This document shows positions 1 to 12,664 of a DNA stretch of 64,000 bases, piece by piece; position 1 is the stretch's first letter; each line of letters starts with the position of its first letter. The notes under the pieces are model-generated. The model was not told the DNA's origin. It did no database searches and saw only the letters and a list, made by a program, of their open reading frames with translations. This stretch comes from Octopus vulgaris (Eukaryota): assembly GCA_951406725.2 (NCBI GenBank), contig OX597821.1, positions 111,910,001 to 111,974,000 on the forward strand, given 5' to 3'. A program made the position numbers and the translations under genes.

Positions 1-854
1 CAGTGTCTTTTCCCACCGCTTGACAACCAGTGTTGGTATGTTTGCATCCACGTAACTCAGTGGCTTGGCAAGAGTGACCGATAGAACAAGTACTGGGGAG
101 GGGGAGTTGACTTCTTTGTCCAATATTCTTCAAGGCAGTGCCCCAGAATGGCCGTAGTGTAATGATTGAAACCAGTAAAAGATAAAACATAAAGGATAAA
201 TAATGATTGATACCGAATCGAAATTTCACTATATTTTCCCTGATTCTAACATTGGCCCAGTCCACTCATCTGGCAAAAATGAGTGGTACCTGTAATTCAA
301 GCTTTGTCACACTCTGTGTCACGCTAAATCTCATTGGAAACTACGTTAAAGAGTACGCAAGTGTGCGGAGTACTCAGCCACTTGCACATTAATTTCACGA
401 GCAGGCTGTTCCATCGACCGGACCAACTGGAACACTCGTCGTCGTAAACCGACGGAGTACCAATAAGACCGGAATGATAATTTTAAACACAAGGCACATG
501 GTGAGACCTTTTGCAGAGATGAGTATAGCGGATTAATTCGACCAAAGTAGGTGATCAATATTTATTTTATCGATTCTGGAACGATGAAAGGCAAAGTTGA
601 CATCAATCAATGACTTCGCATCTTCCATGTCGGAATTGAGTTGTTTTTTTTTTGTTTTTTTTTTTTACTTCTTTTCTCTTTTTTATTTAACTTTTTTTTT
701 TTCCTAAAATGGGTGATGAAATATAAACAAATTAAAATAGCCATAGAAAAGCTGAATCTGAGTTCAAAGAACGGAAACTAATTCCCCTATTGTTGTTGTT
801 ACTTTGGCAACCGTTCTGAAGCACGAAGACCATGAATTCGGTTCCTTTAATCTT

Positions 855-1255
855 TTATCTTCTACTTTTTTCAGCCATTAGACTGCGGCCATGCTGGGAC
901 ACCGCCTTGAAGAACTTTTAGTCAAATGAATCGAACCCAGTACATTTGTTTTTAAAGCTTGGTATTTATTCTATCGGTGTCTTTTGCCGAACCGCTATGC
1001 TACGGGGACGTAAACATACCAATACCAGTTGTCAAGCAGTGGTGGGGGACAAACTCAGAGACAAAGATGCACACACACGCGGGCGCGCACGCGTAAGATA
1101 GACTTTTTTCAGTTTCCATCAATCAAATCCACTGACAACGTTTTGGTCAGCCCGTGGCTATAGTAGAAGACATTTTCCCAAGATTCCTGGCTGTAGGATT
1201 GAGCCCTGAACATGTGGTTGGGAAGCAAACCTCTTACCACACAGCCACACCTACG
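855..1255 (-). mobile_element. SINE family B copy
   Basis: Reverse complement of family B. Further full or partial copies at about 1-200, 4138-4303, 8305-8640, 10895-11105, 16685-16885, 18925-19350, 60440-60630 and 62560-62720. Confidence 0.8.
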
Positions 1256-1379
1256 CGAGCTATCAAGTGCCCTCTGCTTTAAATATCCTTTTTTTTGTTG
1301 TTGTTTGTCTTTTATCTTTTACTAGTTTATGCCAGAGGCTGAGGCCATACTGGAGCACTGCCTTTCAGTGTGTTTGGAT

Positions 1380-1960
1380 TTCTGGTAGTGAGCTGGACGG
1401 AGCTGTTCGCATTTGTTTCACCTGCCAAGATGTGGGTTCATCTGGTATCTCTTTGTCCAGACGCTCTTTGAAGATCTCCACTTTTATTACTCGTAAATCT
1501 CTGGAGTTGTTTGGCAGAATGCAAAACAACTGTTGACCCATGGAACCTAAGGCGTTACAGTACCAGGTCCTTGTTCTAGATCAGAGGTCAGAGAACATTT
1601 TTTTTAATCAAATACCCCAGAATATATTAATTTACGCTAATGTTAACCCCTTGTTTTGGAAAGGAAAAAATCATAGATGCTTTGAATTCAAAAGGTTTAT
1701 TGTAGGAAAATGCTTTTTTAAATTATTTTACTTACGTCTAATGGGTCCTCATTACCCCCAAAAATTTCGTTTTTATCTTACTCGGGGTAATTCACTGCGG
1801 TTCTAGATGGAGAGGACGAAATCTTTGATACTATGCAGTGCCGTCCAGTTTGGCGGCTGGTAGTTGGGTGCTGGACCTTCCAGCATCTTCCATACGTATA
1901 TCACTGCATATCTTTCGCGTCTTCTCTCTAGGGAGTAGAGCTTCAGTTCCTTTAGAATGT
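1380..1960 (-). mobile_element. CR1/L2-group LINE ORF2 C-terminal remnant, interrupted at about 1582-1800
   Basis: Minus strand reads LKELKLYSLERRRERYAVIYVWKMLEG and YCNALGSMGQQLFCILP...FKERLD..IPDEP. Confidence 0.65.
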
Positions 1961-2719
1961 TAACACTAATTTAATTATTATTCATTAATTTTATCTGTTA
2001 CTTACATTGATATAAAACCATGTACAGAGAATTGGGGAGATCAGAATGTCAGAATGAAGCAACTGGGCGCGGCTGTTTAGGCGCGGACGATTTTGGCATG
2101 GTTGCCTGGACATTCAAAATGTTTTGGCGACGGTACTTTTTGGCACTGTTGGCAAACATACACACGCGCACACGCCCAGAAATATACACATACAAACAGA
2201 GAGAGCAAAAAAGAATAGGGAGAGAGAGAGAAAGAGAAAGAGCTAGACATTACACATACATACACGCATACACGATAGAGATGTGGGAAAAGAAACATTA
2301 AAACGGCTGGCATCAAATAAATTAGCGTCGAATCAGCGACGTCAAACAGGCGGCGGCGCCAAGAAGGCAGCGCCAAAACATCACTTACTCAGAAAAGTTG
2401 TAATGGATTTAATCCAGTTCAGTCCTTAACCGTACATATTTTATGGAAACCAAAATAACGAACGGCTTAGTCGACTCCGAGCGCGATTTGAAATCAAAAC
2501 GTTAAAAGGTATAAGTAATACCACAAGATATTTTTTCCGGCGCTCTACCGATTCTGCCATCTACTGTCACGTCTCATTAAACGATCGTATATTTAAATGC
2601 ACTAAACATCTCGCCCATTTTAATCATAACCTTGAATAAAATATTACACACACACACACAATTATATATGTACATATTTGTATGTAAGTACATATATATA
2701 TATTCATATTCATATTTAC

Positions 2720-2765
<46 letters not shown>

Positions 2766-2976
2766 TCTGTATATGTGTTCATATACACAAACACACACAT
2801 AAGTATACGTATGTTTGTATGTATACACACACACACACGCACAGACTCACACGCACAATTATATGTACATATTTATGTGTAAATATATGTGTGTGTGTAT
2901 CTGTAAATGTGTGTATATACACAAACACACACACATAAGTATATGTATGTTTGTATGCATGTATACACACACGCAC

Positions 2977-3022
<46 letters not shown>

Positions 3023-3577
3023 ATGTATGTATGTATGCATAAGATTTCTTTTCCAGAAATTTAATTAAACTGATTTAATTAGCGCACATGTCCCTCTGAA
3101 ACTTCTCGCTATTAATTACAAGATTTATTTAGGGAGTGTGTTAATATGTTTATGCTAGCCTCTGTTAATTCATAGCAGGGTTTAATTAAGGTGCTTCTGT
3201 TCGTTCATAGATCTTACAAGTTAATAAATTGATGGGACGAGGTCGAAGATAGTTACATTTAAGAAGGATGCTTCTAAAGTAACTGACGCAAGGCACAAGG
3301 CAAGAAGTAAATTCGCATCGAACCAAACTTGACGTGCGGTTTCGTTTCCAACTTGCTTTTTAAATTTCTGTTTTTATTTCATTTGCGCCGTTAGTGATAT
3401 CTTAACTGATTGGCACTCCGTCGGTTACGACGACGACGAGGGTGGGTTCTAGTTGAAACAGCCAACCCGTAAAATTAACGTACAATGACTGAGCACTCCA
3501 GAGAGACGCATACCCTTAACGTAGTTCTCAGGAATATTCAGCAAGATGCAGAATGTTATAAGGCTGGACCTTGAAAT

Positions 3578-3782
3578 GGTATCAAGACAGAATCTACCCG
3601 AGGACAAAATCCACCCCTACAGACAAATTTTAAACAAAACTATCAACTAATAAATATTTTAAATATTTTAAAATTTTCACTTTCCTAAAATATTTTTATT
3701 GTAAAGAAGGAACAATATTCCGAGAGATATTGACTACCGGGAGATTTTGTCCCCGGGGTGGGGTGGATTATATTCTAGTAGC
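3578..3782. mobile_element. Foldback/MULE-like MITE inserted in a SINE
   Basis: Direct repeat ccttgaaat at 3569-77 and 3783-91; imperfect inverted ends containing ggacaaaatc / gattttgtcc. Confidence 0.55.
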
Positions 3783-4572
3783 CCTTGAAATACAGGTACA
3801 ACTCATTTTCGCAGAGTGGACTGGAATAATCCTTTCTACTGGAAGCACAGGGCCTCAAATATTGAGGGCGGTGACTAGTCGATTACATCAACCTCAGTCT
3901 TTCACTGGTACTTAATTTATCGATCCCGAAAGGATGAAAGGCAAAGTCGACCTCGGCGGAATTTGAAGCCAGAACGTGGCGACGGCCGAAATTACCCCTA
4001 AGCATTTTGCCCTGCGTGCTAACGACTCTGCTAGTTCACTGCCTTAAGTGGATTGGAATAATATGAGATAGAGTGTCCTGTGCTTATATATACAAACATA
4101 TATATATATAAACATATATATATACATATATATATATACAACGAGCTTCTTTCAGTTTTCGTCTAGCAAATCCACTGACAAGGCCTTGGTCGGCCCGAGG
4201 CTATAGTAAGAAGACACTTGCCCACGGTACCATGCAGTGGGACTGAAACCGCAACCATGTGGTTGGTAAGCAAGTTACTTACCACACAGCCACTCCTGCG
4301 CCTAAGAATAGGAAAAATATATCTCAGCTTATGTATGCCAGCATCGAAATCCTGTTTTCTGATTAGGTAAAATTGATTGAACTTTAACCCTCAGTAGCAT
4401 TTTTCTGCAATTTCTCTGAAAACATATAAATAACAAAATCGAATTTAACGTAGAAAATTATTTCGATATATAGCAAGTCTGAAAATTTTTGGCGTAATTT
4501 TAAAATTTTGCAGTATGTGACAACAAGAAAGAAGACCCTAAAAATATAAGGAGACAGAAAGTTATAGGACGT

Positions 4573-4573
4573 C

Positions 4574-4605
<32 letters not shown>

Positions 4606-4945
4606 ACATACACTGAAGCACATACACATACACACACTGAAGCACATACACACACACTGAGGCACATACACACACACTGAACCACACACACTGAAGCACA
4701 CACACACACGCACACTGAGGCACATACACACACACTGAACCACACACACACACACTGAAATACACACACAGACACACTGAAGCACATACACACACACACT
4801 GAAGCACATACACTCACACACTGAAGCACATACACACACACACTGAGGTACATACACACACACTGAACCACACGCACACACACTGAAACACACACACACA
4901 CACAAGCACACACACACACACAAGCACAAGCACACACACACACAT
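4573..4945. repeat. (CA)n-derived minisatellite with recurring ctgaagca interruptions
   Basis: cacacactgaagcacata units of about 18-22 bp. Confidence 0.9.
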
Positions 4946-5493
4946 TTACAAACGTACACGCAGATAATCACGACTTTAAACTGGTGTATAGTAGACATAT
5001 ATATATATATATATATGTTTGTACGTAGATATGTATGTATGTATATACATCTATGTATGTGTATATGTTTGTGTATGAGTGTTTCTTTGCGATGGACAAC
5101 AAAAAAGCCACCTACCCCCTCTCTCCTTAAAGCTACGTATTCCTCACACCCATCTTTTTTTCCCTTCCTCGGCCTTTTAAAAGTTGCTCATGTGGATGTG
5201 CATGTGTGTGTGTATGCAGTGTGCGTGCGCGCGCCCCCGTGTGTATGCACGTATCTATGTATTTACGAAAGTATGTATGCAGCTTCGCGTGTATATCCCT
5301 GAATGACAGCTATATTAACGTTGTCATCCCACGACCACTCCATATTTGTCGCTTACACAACGCTGTTCTCCCCTTCCCTGATATTAGTCACACTCATTAT
5401 GCCACCACATTTCCCTCGCACTATTACGCTTGCACCCTTCTCATTTTATCAAATAATAACCGCCACAAAGAGGCCCCATTATAAATTCTATTG

Positions 5494-5573
5494 AAATTGG
5501 AACGATACAGAGAAGATTATCATGGCGCCTGCGCGAGGATGGCACGCAAATTCATGAAGCGTTCCATATTTTT
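5494..5573 (+). pseudogene. U6: 5'-truncated U6 snRNA pseudogene
   Basis: aaattggaacgatacagagaagattatcatggcgcctgcgcgaggatggcacgcaaattcatgaagcgttccatattttt matches metazoan U6 from about nt 27 to the end, including the ACAGAGA box, with about 5 substitutions. Confidence 0.92.
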
Positions 5574-5927
5574 AAGCGCCGGCGTGGCTGGGTGGTAAGA
5601 AATTGTTTATCAGCCAGTTGGTTCCGAGTTCAGTCCCACTACGTGACACCTTGGGCAAGTGTCTTCTACTATAGCAAAGAAGGCCCTCGTACATGTATAT
5701 GCATATGCGTCCGTGTTTGTCTCCGCACCATCACTTGACGACCGATGCTGGTGTGTTTACATCCCTGTAACTTAGTGCTTCGACAGCAGAGACCAATAGG
5801 ATAAGTACTAGGCTTACAAAGAATAAGTCCTGAGGTCGATTTGTTCGACTAAAAAAAACCCTTTAAGGTGGTGCTCCAGCATGGCCGCAGTCAAATGACT
5901 GAAACAAGTAAAAGATAAAAGATAAAG

Positions 5928-5928
<1 letters not shown>
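5574..5928 (+). mobile_element. SINE family B (tRNA-like head, CORE-like segment, internal microsatellite), directly abutting U6
   Basis: gtggctgggtggtaag...gagttcagtccc...accttgggcaagt...aatgactgaaacaagtaaaaga. Confidence 0.8.
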
Positions 5929-5966
<38 letters not shown>

Positions 5967-7409
5967 ATTTTGTAACTGAACAAGTCTCCAAGGCGGCGAG
6001 CTGGCAGAACCGTTAGCACGCCGAGCCGAAATTCTTATCCGTATTTCGGTCTGAGTTCAAATTCTGATTTTGCCTTTTATCCTTTCGGGGTCGATTGAAT
6101 AAGTACCAGTTACGCATTGGGGTCAATGTAATCGACTGAATTCGTTTTTCCTGTCCTTGTTTGTCCCCTCTATGTTTATCCTCTTGTGGGCAATAAAGAA
6201 ATAAATAATGATCCTATTGGTCTCTTTCGCTGAACTGCTAAGTTATAGAGGTGTAAACACACCAGCATCGGCTGTCAAGCGATGGTGGAGGAACAAACAC
6301 AGACACACAATCATATATATGTGTGTGTGTGTGTGGGGGGGGGTGCTTCTGTCTACCAAATCCACCCACAAGGCTTATATACCTGTATATATACATATAT
6401 ACCTGTGTGTGTTGTGTGTGCTTATGTACATGCAGTGTATTGAATTTTGCTGAATCGTTACGAGGGGGCATCCAAAGAATTCTTTACGAAAGAAAGAACG
6501 TTATAGTTAAGAAATTTTGAGGATCACTGTTTTCCAATGTTGTGATCGGATCAATTCCTTCTTTTCGGTTATCAGAAGTGAATAAGACTTTTCTTCCGTT
6601 AACAACCAGCTCTGGTTAGCGAAGCTTGAGTATCATTTAAGCAGTCGCTCGATGTTCAGCCATGTGTATCGACACCGGCACTTGAAAGTTAACAATACAC
6701 TTACTGAACACATTTAATATGGTCTGGCGTTCCATTATATAAAGAGGAAATATTCACTCAATCATGATTCTCTTATCTATTTAATAGTCGAAAATAAGAT
6801 GCATCCATAATTCTTAATAATATGCATTCCTTAATAAGCTGTATTATCACTTAAGAAGATGCGTCCATCAACGGGAGATTAACAAGATCGCTTTCAATGA
6901 AGTACCACGTCACTTAATCTGTCGCTCGGTTAAACATCACCATATGGCTGTTGGGTGTCTTTAACGGAGGCCAATCAGTTGCAAGCATTCTGATCAGTTC
7001 TCTGATCCGACGAAAACTTTCAGCCTTTCTCCAACCAGTCACAGGGGCCTTGACAGGGTTCAGAGACATTTCTCTTTTTTTCCGTTAAGTCATGTAAAAA
7101 TACATAAATAATGTAGTCAAGAAGTCCGTGTGGTTACGGTTTCAATCCCACTACACGGTACATCACACAAGTGTTTTCTATTATAGCTCTGAACCGACCT
7201 AGGCCTTATGTCTGAATTTGCTAACTGAAAACTGCGTGAAAGCCTTTATATGTATGTATGTATGTATGTATATATGTATGTATGCATGTATGTATGTATG
7301 TATGTATGTATGCATCTATGTATGTATGTATGTATGTATGTATGTATGTATTATGTATGTACGTTTACGTGTGTGTGTGTATGTGTGTGTTTTTGTGTGT
7401 GTGTTGTGT

Positions 7410-7830
7410 GATTAATCAGCTTTATTTCAAGGTTTCTTGCCAATAGAGAAAGAACCGGTTTCTAACCTAGATCCAGGGATCCTTCATTGGAATTTCAACA
7501 TCAACTACAGAGTATTTTTGTATTTGTCTCTTCTATTTTTTAATTATTATAAATCTTCCACTGAGGAGGGAACCGGTTTCCAACAAAGATACAAGGCTCC
7601 ATCTTTGGGATGTAGTTAACACTAACAAATTCACATTTGGAACTTGAGAAAAGTCTTGCATATTTTTACTGTTCCGCTCACAGATTGCACTTGTAATGTA
7701 CGAATCAGCCGGTCGATTTCTCTTTCTGAAAATCCCAGTTTATCCAGATTCTCCTTTAAGTATTTGCTAACAAAACCGCCAATTATTATTGGTATGAATA
7801 TGAATTCAAAGTCTAGATATAGAAGCTGCA
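7410..7830 (-). mobile_element. 3' end of an RLE-type non-LTR retrotransposon (ORF C-terminus + 3'UTR)
   Basis: FIFIPIIIGG...LIRTLQVQSVSGTVKICKTFLKF* is homologous to the C-terminus of the neighbouring RLE fragment; AATAAA near the 3' end. Confidence 0.7.
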
Positions 7831-7903
7831 TGTATGTATGTATGTATGTATGTATGTATGTATGTATGTATGTATGTATGTATGTATGTATGTATGTATG
7901 TAT

Positions 7904-8266
7904 TCTCATGCATATAGTTACATATCTAGACATATATTTAAATGATGAACTTCTGGATAGTTTTACAGATTATTACAGTTCCGGTGATGGATTGGATCTG
8001 TAGTCTTCGAATTAGCTTTCTCCTTTCTGGTTTTGAGAAGCCAAATTTCTCAAGATTAGTATTTAGGCAGTGTGTTACATATTCCAGGTCCCCAATAATT
8101 ACAGGTATAAACCTGAACTTGTAATTTGGATAGAGTAACTGCAGATTTCTCAATCGTTCAGCGTAGGTGTTCTCTTTTTCACTGATCTTCAGCTTTATAT
8201 TAACATCCACTGGGCAGCTAATTTCCACAACTGTGCACAGTTTCTCTTCTCTATCCCAAATCATTA
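7904..8266 (-). mobile_element. 3' end of a second RLE-type non-LTR retrotransposon
   Basis: IWDREEKLCTVVEISCP...KENTY...FIPVIIG...LQIQSITGTVIICK matches the RLE nuclease C-terminal half seen in 30846-31625. Confidence 0.8.
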
Positions 8267-8644
8267 ACGTACATATGCATGTATGTATGTATGTATGTAT
8301 GTTTTCTCTTGTTTCAGTCATTAAATTGTAGCCATGCTGGAGCACCGCCCTGAAGATTTTTTAGTCGATTGAATCTACCCCAGTCCTTTTTTTTACCAGC
8401 CTAGTACTTATTCTATCGGTTTTATTTGCCGAACCGCTTAGTTATGAGCACGTAAACACACCAACACCGGTTATCAAGTGGTGGTGGACGACAAACACAG
8501 ACACAAAGACATACACACACATACATATGCACATATATGTAGGACGGGCTTCTTTCAGTTTCCGTCTACCAAATCCTCTCACAAGGCTTTGGTCGGACCG
8601 AGGCTATAGTAAAAGACACTTGCCATGCAGTGGGATTGTATGTC

Positions 8645-9317
8645 ACAGCTGACTAGTTTGCAGAGTGCAGTCAGGACGTTTGGAAGCTCGCTGCGCAATA
8701 AAGCTTTGTGTTAAACTGAGCGAAACTCTATGGAAACCTATAAAATGCTCTAGAATGCTTACGGATTAACTTGTATGAGCCGAACATCTGTTTTACACTG
8801 GCGCAAGCCCAGGCAAAGCGAGTCCATCAGGAAGCTCAAGATGGTCCACTTTTTTCGACTGCAAAGATACCATCTTCGTCTATTGGGTTCCCTCTGGCCA
8901 GACAGTCAACAGGATATTTTGTGGGGGTTTTCAGCGAATTCGGAAGAGATTTCGTCGTAAAAGCCCAGAGTCCCTGCACCAGGACAATGCCCCAGTTCAC
9001 AATTCCATCCTGCTAAGTACTTGACAAAGAAGGGCATCAAAACTGTTCCTCGCCCTTCATGTAGTCCAGACCTTGTTCCCTGTGACTTTTGGTATTTCCC
9101 AAGCTAGAGGAGGAAATGAAGGAAGGTGTGATAAAGGCCCTGGGTACCTTTACTTTAGAAGATTTTCATGGGGCCTTCAAGAAGTAGCTAGAACGCTACA
9201 ACAAGTGCTTTGAAGTTAGAGAATTCTATATCGAAAGAGATTAGCGTTTTGTACTTCCTGGGAATTAATAAATGTAGCTTCTGAAGAAGTCAGGAAACTA
9301 TTTGGATATTCCTTGTA
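8645..9317 (+). mobile_element. Internally deleted, degenerate mariner
   Basis: Remnants IKLCVKL..ETYKML.NAYG, LHQDNAPVHNS and SPDLVPCDF; TIR-like end at ccttgTA. Confidence 0.8.
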
Positions 9318-9803
9318 AATATTCGTATGATTCTAATTTTAAAGAATTCTTTAGAAGCTTTTTGGAGAATACAGTAAAAGAGGAAGACATAGATATATAT
9401 GAAGTCGTATTTATAGTCTTTGGAATATAAGGCTTTTCATGGGAAACAATGGTTGGCTGCGCAACTGAGAAATTCCCGTATGCTAGGTTGGTGAGTTGTA
9501 GAACTTTTTCATTATGGTGTTTGAAACGTTTGGAGGGAGTGGGCTACTAACGACGAAGTTCTTGTCATCGTTGGCGGCTTGCTTTACCGAAGTATCAGGC
9601 TGGATTTCGCCCGTGGGGTAATGCCGCGAGCGTATTGGCTTGTTTCAGCAGGTTCTGTTGAACCTTGTGATGAGCGACCAATTGAAATACTTGGTGCTGT
9701 ATTGATGTCTTTTTTCTTTCTCCCCTTCCACCCATTTTCGGTTTTCTTTTGTAAAATATATTCCTTTTCGTATTTTAAATAAAAGACTTCAAAACAATGT
9801 ACC

Positions 9804-10036
9804 TATTTCTTTACTACCCACAAGGGGCTAAATACAGAGGGGACAAACAAGGACAGACAAACGGATTGAGTCGATTATATCGACCCAGTGCGTAACTGGT
9901 ACTTATTTAATCGACCCCGAAAGGTTGAAAGGCAAAGTCAACCTCGGCGGAATTTGAACTCAGAACGTAACGGCAGGCTAAATACGGCTACGCATTTCGC
10001 CCGGCGTGCTAACGATTCTGCCAGCTCGGCGTCCTA
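9804..10036 (-). mobile_element. SINE family A, young copy with 18-bp TSD
   Basis: acttcaaaacaatgtacc at 9786-9803 and 10037-10054; tRNA-like head (gagctggcagaa...gagttcaaat) and central gcctttca.cctttcggggtcgat domain. Confidence 0.9.
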
Positions 10037-10488
10037 ACTTCAAAACAATGTACCGTTTGACATAAGTACTCATTGTGCACGAAGTCACTGCCTCCAGCTC
10101 TCAATGTCTTTATTTTTGTCAAGAATTACGTAATTCTGCAAAAACAAAGACAAAAAAAAGACCGGGTGCAACAATGATTGTTCCCTCAATAAACTCGATA
10201 TCAGATTTCAGTGAAAGTTGGAGCCAATCCGCTCTTCAAAGCTTGTTTACTATCACACAATAAAAATATTTTTAATCCATCTCAGGTTAAAGGACATATA
10301 TAGAATTAATCATTATAAATTGGTTGGATTAATAAGGGCGTTGTTCGTGGAATCAAGTCTTTTAGGTATTATTTTTCTCAAAGTAAACATTTCGAAAATG
10401 GTGACGAGACTATCTTGGGCAGTGTCTGCCTAACATTCATTAACAACTGCGACAATCTGGGACCTAAAAGTTTCCACTGCTCTCTTGA

Positions 10489-10519
<31 letters not shown>

Positions 10520-10856
10520 GTGTGTGTGTGTGTGTGTCTATGTATGCAAGCATGTTTGAACATTTGCTTTGAAAAGTACAGCCTCTTGTGTGAAGCAAGA
10601 AGAAATTTCTAGCGAATGCTTCATTAATTCTCTTGTCATCTCTTCTACGTTTAATTTTCAGCTTCATTCTCACTCTGTCTCTCTCTCCCCTCTCTCATTC
10701 TTCTCTAGCCACAGACACACACACATACATACACACATACATTCACACGCACACGGACACACACACAAATATGTAGGTTTCGTAGTACAACGAGGGTAAA
10801 TAGAACTTAAAACATGAATACACACACACACACACGCATGCACATATATATGTTTG

Positions 10857-10897
<41 letters not shown>

Positions 10898-11112
10898 TTT
10901 TCTTTTATCCTTTTACTTGTTTCAGTCATTTGACTGCGACCATGCTGGAGCACCACCGTCTGTCGAAACAAATCGACCCCAGGACTTGTTCTTTGTAAGC
11001 CTAGTACTTATTCTATCGGTCTCTTTTGCCGAAGCGCTAAGTTACGGGGACGTAAACAAACCAACATCGGTTGTCAAACGATAGTGGGGAGGACACAGAC
11101 ACACAAACATAT

Positions 11113-11177
<65 letters not shown>

Positions 11178-12220
11178 ACAAAGATACCGACAAAATAAGT
11201 ACTAGGCTTACAAAGAATAATTCTAGTCAACTAGAATAAAATCAAAGTTTTCTCGGCGCCAAAATGTCCCAGAGACGAAATGTCTGATGTCAAGTAAGTC
11301 AGCGTCTAATCAGAAATGCCAAACAGGCGGCAACAAAACGGCTGTGCCGAAACGTCCCATATCCACGTGTTGTATATTTAGTCTGCAAACTACTAAAATA
11401 TTAACTTAATTACATAATGTCACATCGTGGTTTCTACATCTGATGTGGTTTCATTAGCATAAAGAAAAGGGATGGAGAAGAATTCCTGCTTCGTGTTGAG
11501 TGTCATAAAACCCTCTTGAACCATTCCATGAAGCCAAACTTTTAGAAACTCCATTTCTCAACTAATCATTTTGATCCAGCTGATAAAGAAAATCGGATTT
11601 TGAAAATGAGGTATTTAATCCGAAACATGTGGTTTGACTAGATTAAGCAAGTGTTATTGACACGGAGAATTTAGCTACGCGTCATCTATATGGTTGCCCT
11701 AAGAATTGGAAAAATGGAAACAGAAAAAAGAAAAAAATCACTGACACTGTTTTTGTCTTGTTACGGATATAGTGTTGGTTGTATATTGGAGGAAAACGCT
11801 CTGAAGAAGCCGAATATTACATCACTGTTAAAGGATACTATGTTAGTCGAAGGCTATCTAACATATTAGATGATATACATGAAAATATATAACATGTATA
11901 CATACACGCACACACACACACATACACACAACGCACACACAACAAACACAGACATACACATATATATAATTTCATTTAACGAATTTAAGGAGTTATACGT
12001 GAGGTACTTCAAGTTTCATATTCGCAAAGTGCGTATCGAGTACTATCTGGCAATCGTTAATGCTCATATAACATGGTTATTCCGTGTATAACATCTATCT
12101 ATCTAGCTGTCTATCTATCTATAAACATACACACACACAAATATATATATATATATGGTTATTCCGTGTATAACATCTATCTATCTAGCTATCTATCTAT
12201 CTATAAACATACACACACAC

Positions 12221-12280
<60 letters not shown>

Positions 12281-12436
12281 TAGAAAAAAGCCACCTTTTA
12301 TTAATTCAATAAGGAAAAATTAAATTATACCATTTAGAAAAATTACATATTATAGAAAGATTAAATATAAGATAAAACATATAACAATGATTAAGTATTG
12401 TGCGAAATAATAAACAAAACGTATATATTTGGTAGA

Positions 12437-12540
12437 TAACGACACGTGTTTCGTGGCTATATTTAAGGAATGATAATAGTAATAATAATAGTAGTAGCAG
12501 TAAAATCGCTTCAATATAAATATAGCCACTCTTCAGGTTA
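12437..12540 (-). ncRNA. Minimal type-I hammerhead ribozyme motif
   Basis: Minus strand: UAAC-CUGAAGA-GUGGCUAUAUUUA(loop)UAAAUAUAGCCAC-GAAAC-ACGU-GUC-GUUA. Intact core, perfect 13-bp stem II, palindromic loop III. Confidence 0.8.
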
Positions 12541-12614
12541 AAGATAAAAACAATAAAATAATTAATTAGATAAATTAATAAATATACACAAATAATCTTG
12601 GAAAATACAAAATA

Positions 12615-12664
<50 letters not shown>

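Noticed and set aside
6459-9317. One large mariner bounded by tacgagggggcatccaaa (6459) and the 9317 end
   Set aside because: TIR similarity is weak and the intervening sequence is unrelated.
11575-11640. Possible hammerhead (ctgataa...ggatt..aatcc-gaaac-atgt)
   Set aside because: Core box altered, extra spacer before stem II and no clear NUH/stem I; at most a relic.
12073-12240. ~82-bp tandem duplication (similar small ones near 56145-56440 and 61116-61195)
   Set aside because: Ordinary local duplication or slippage with no evident function.
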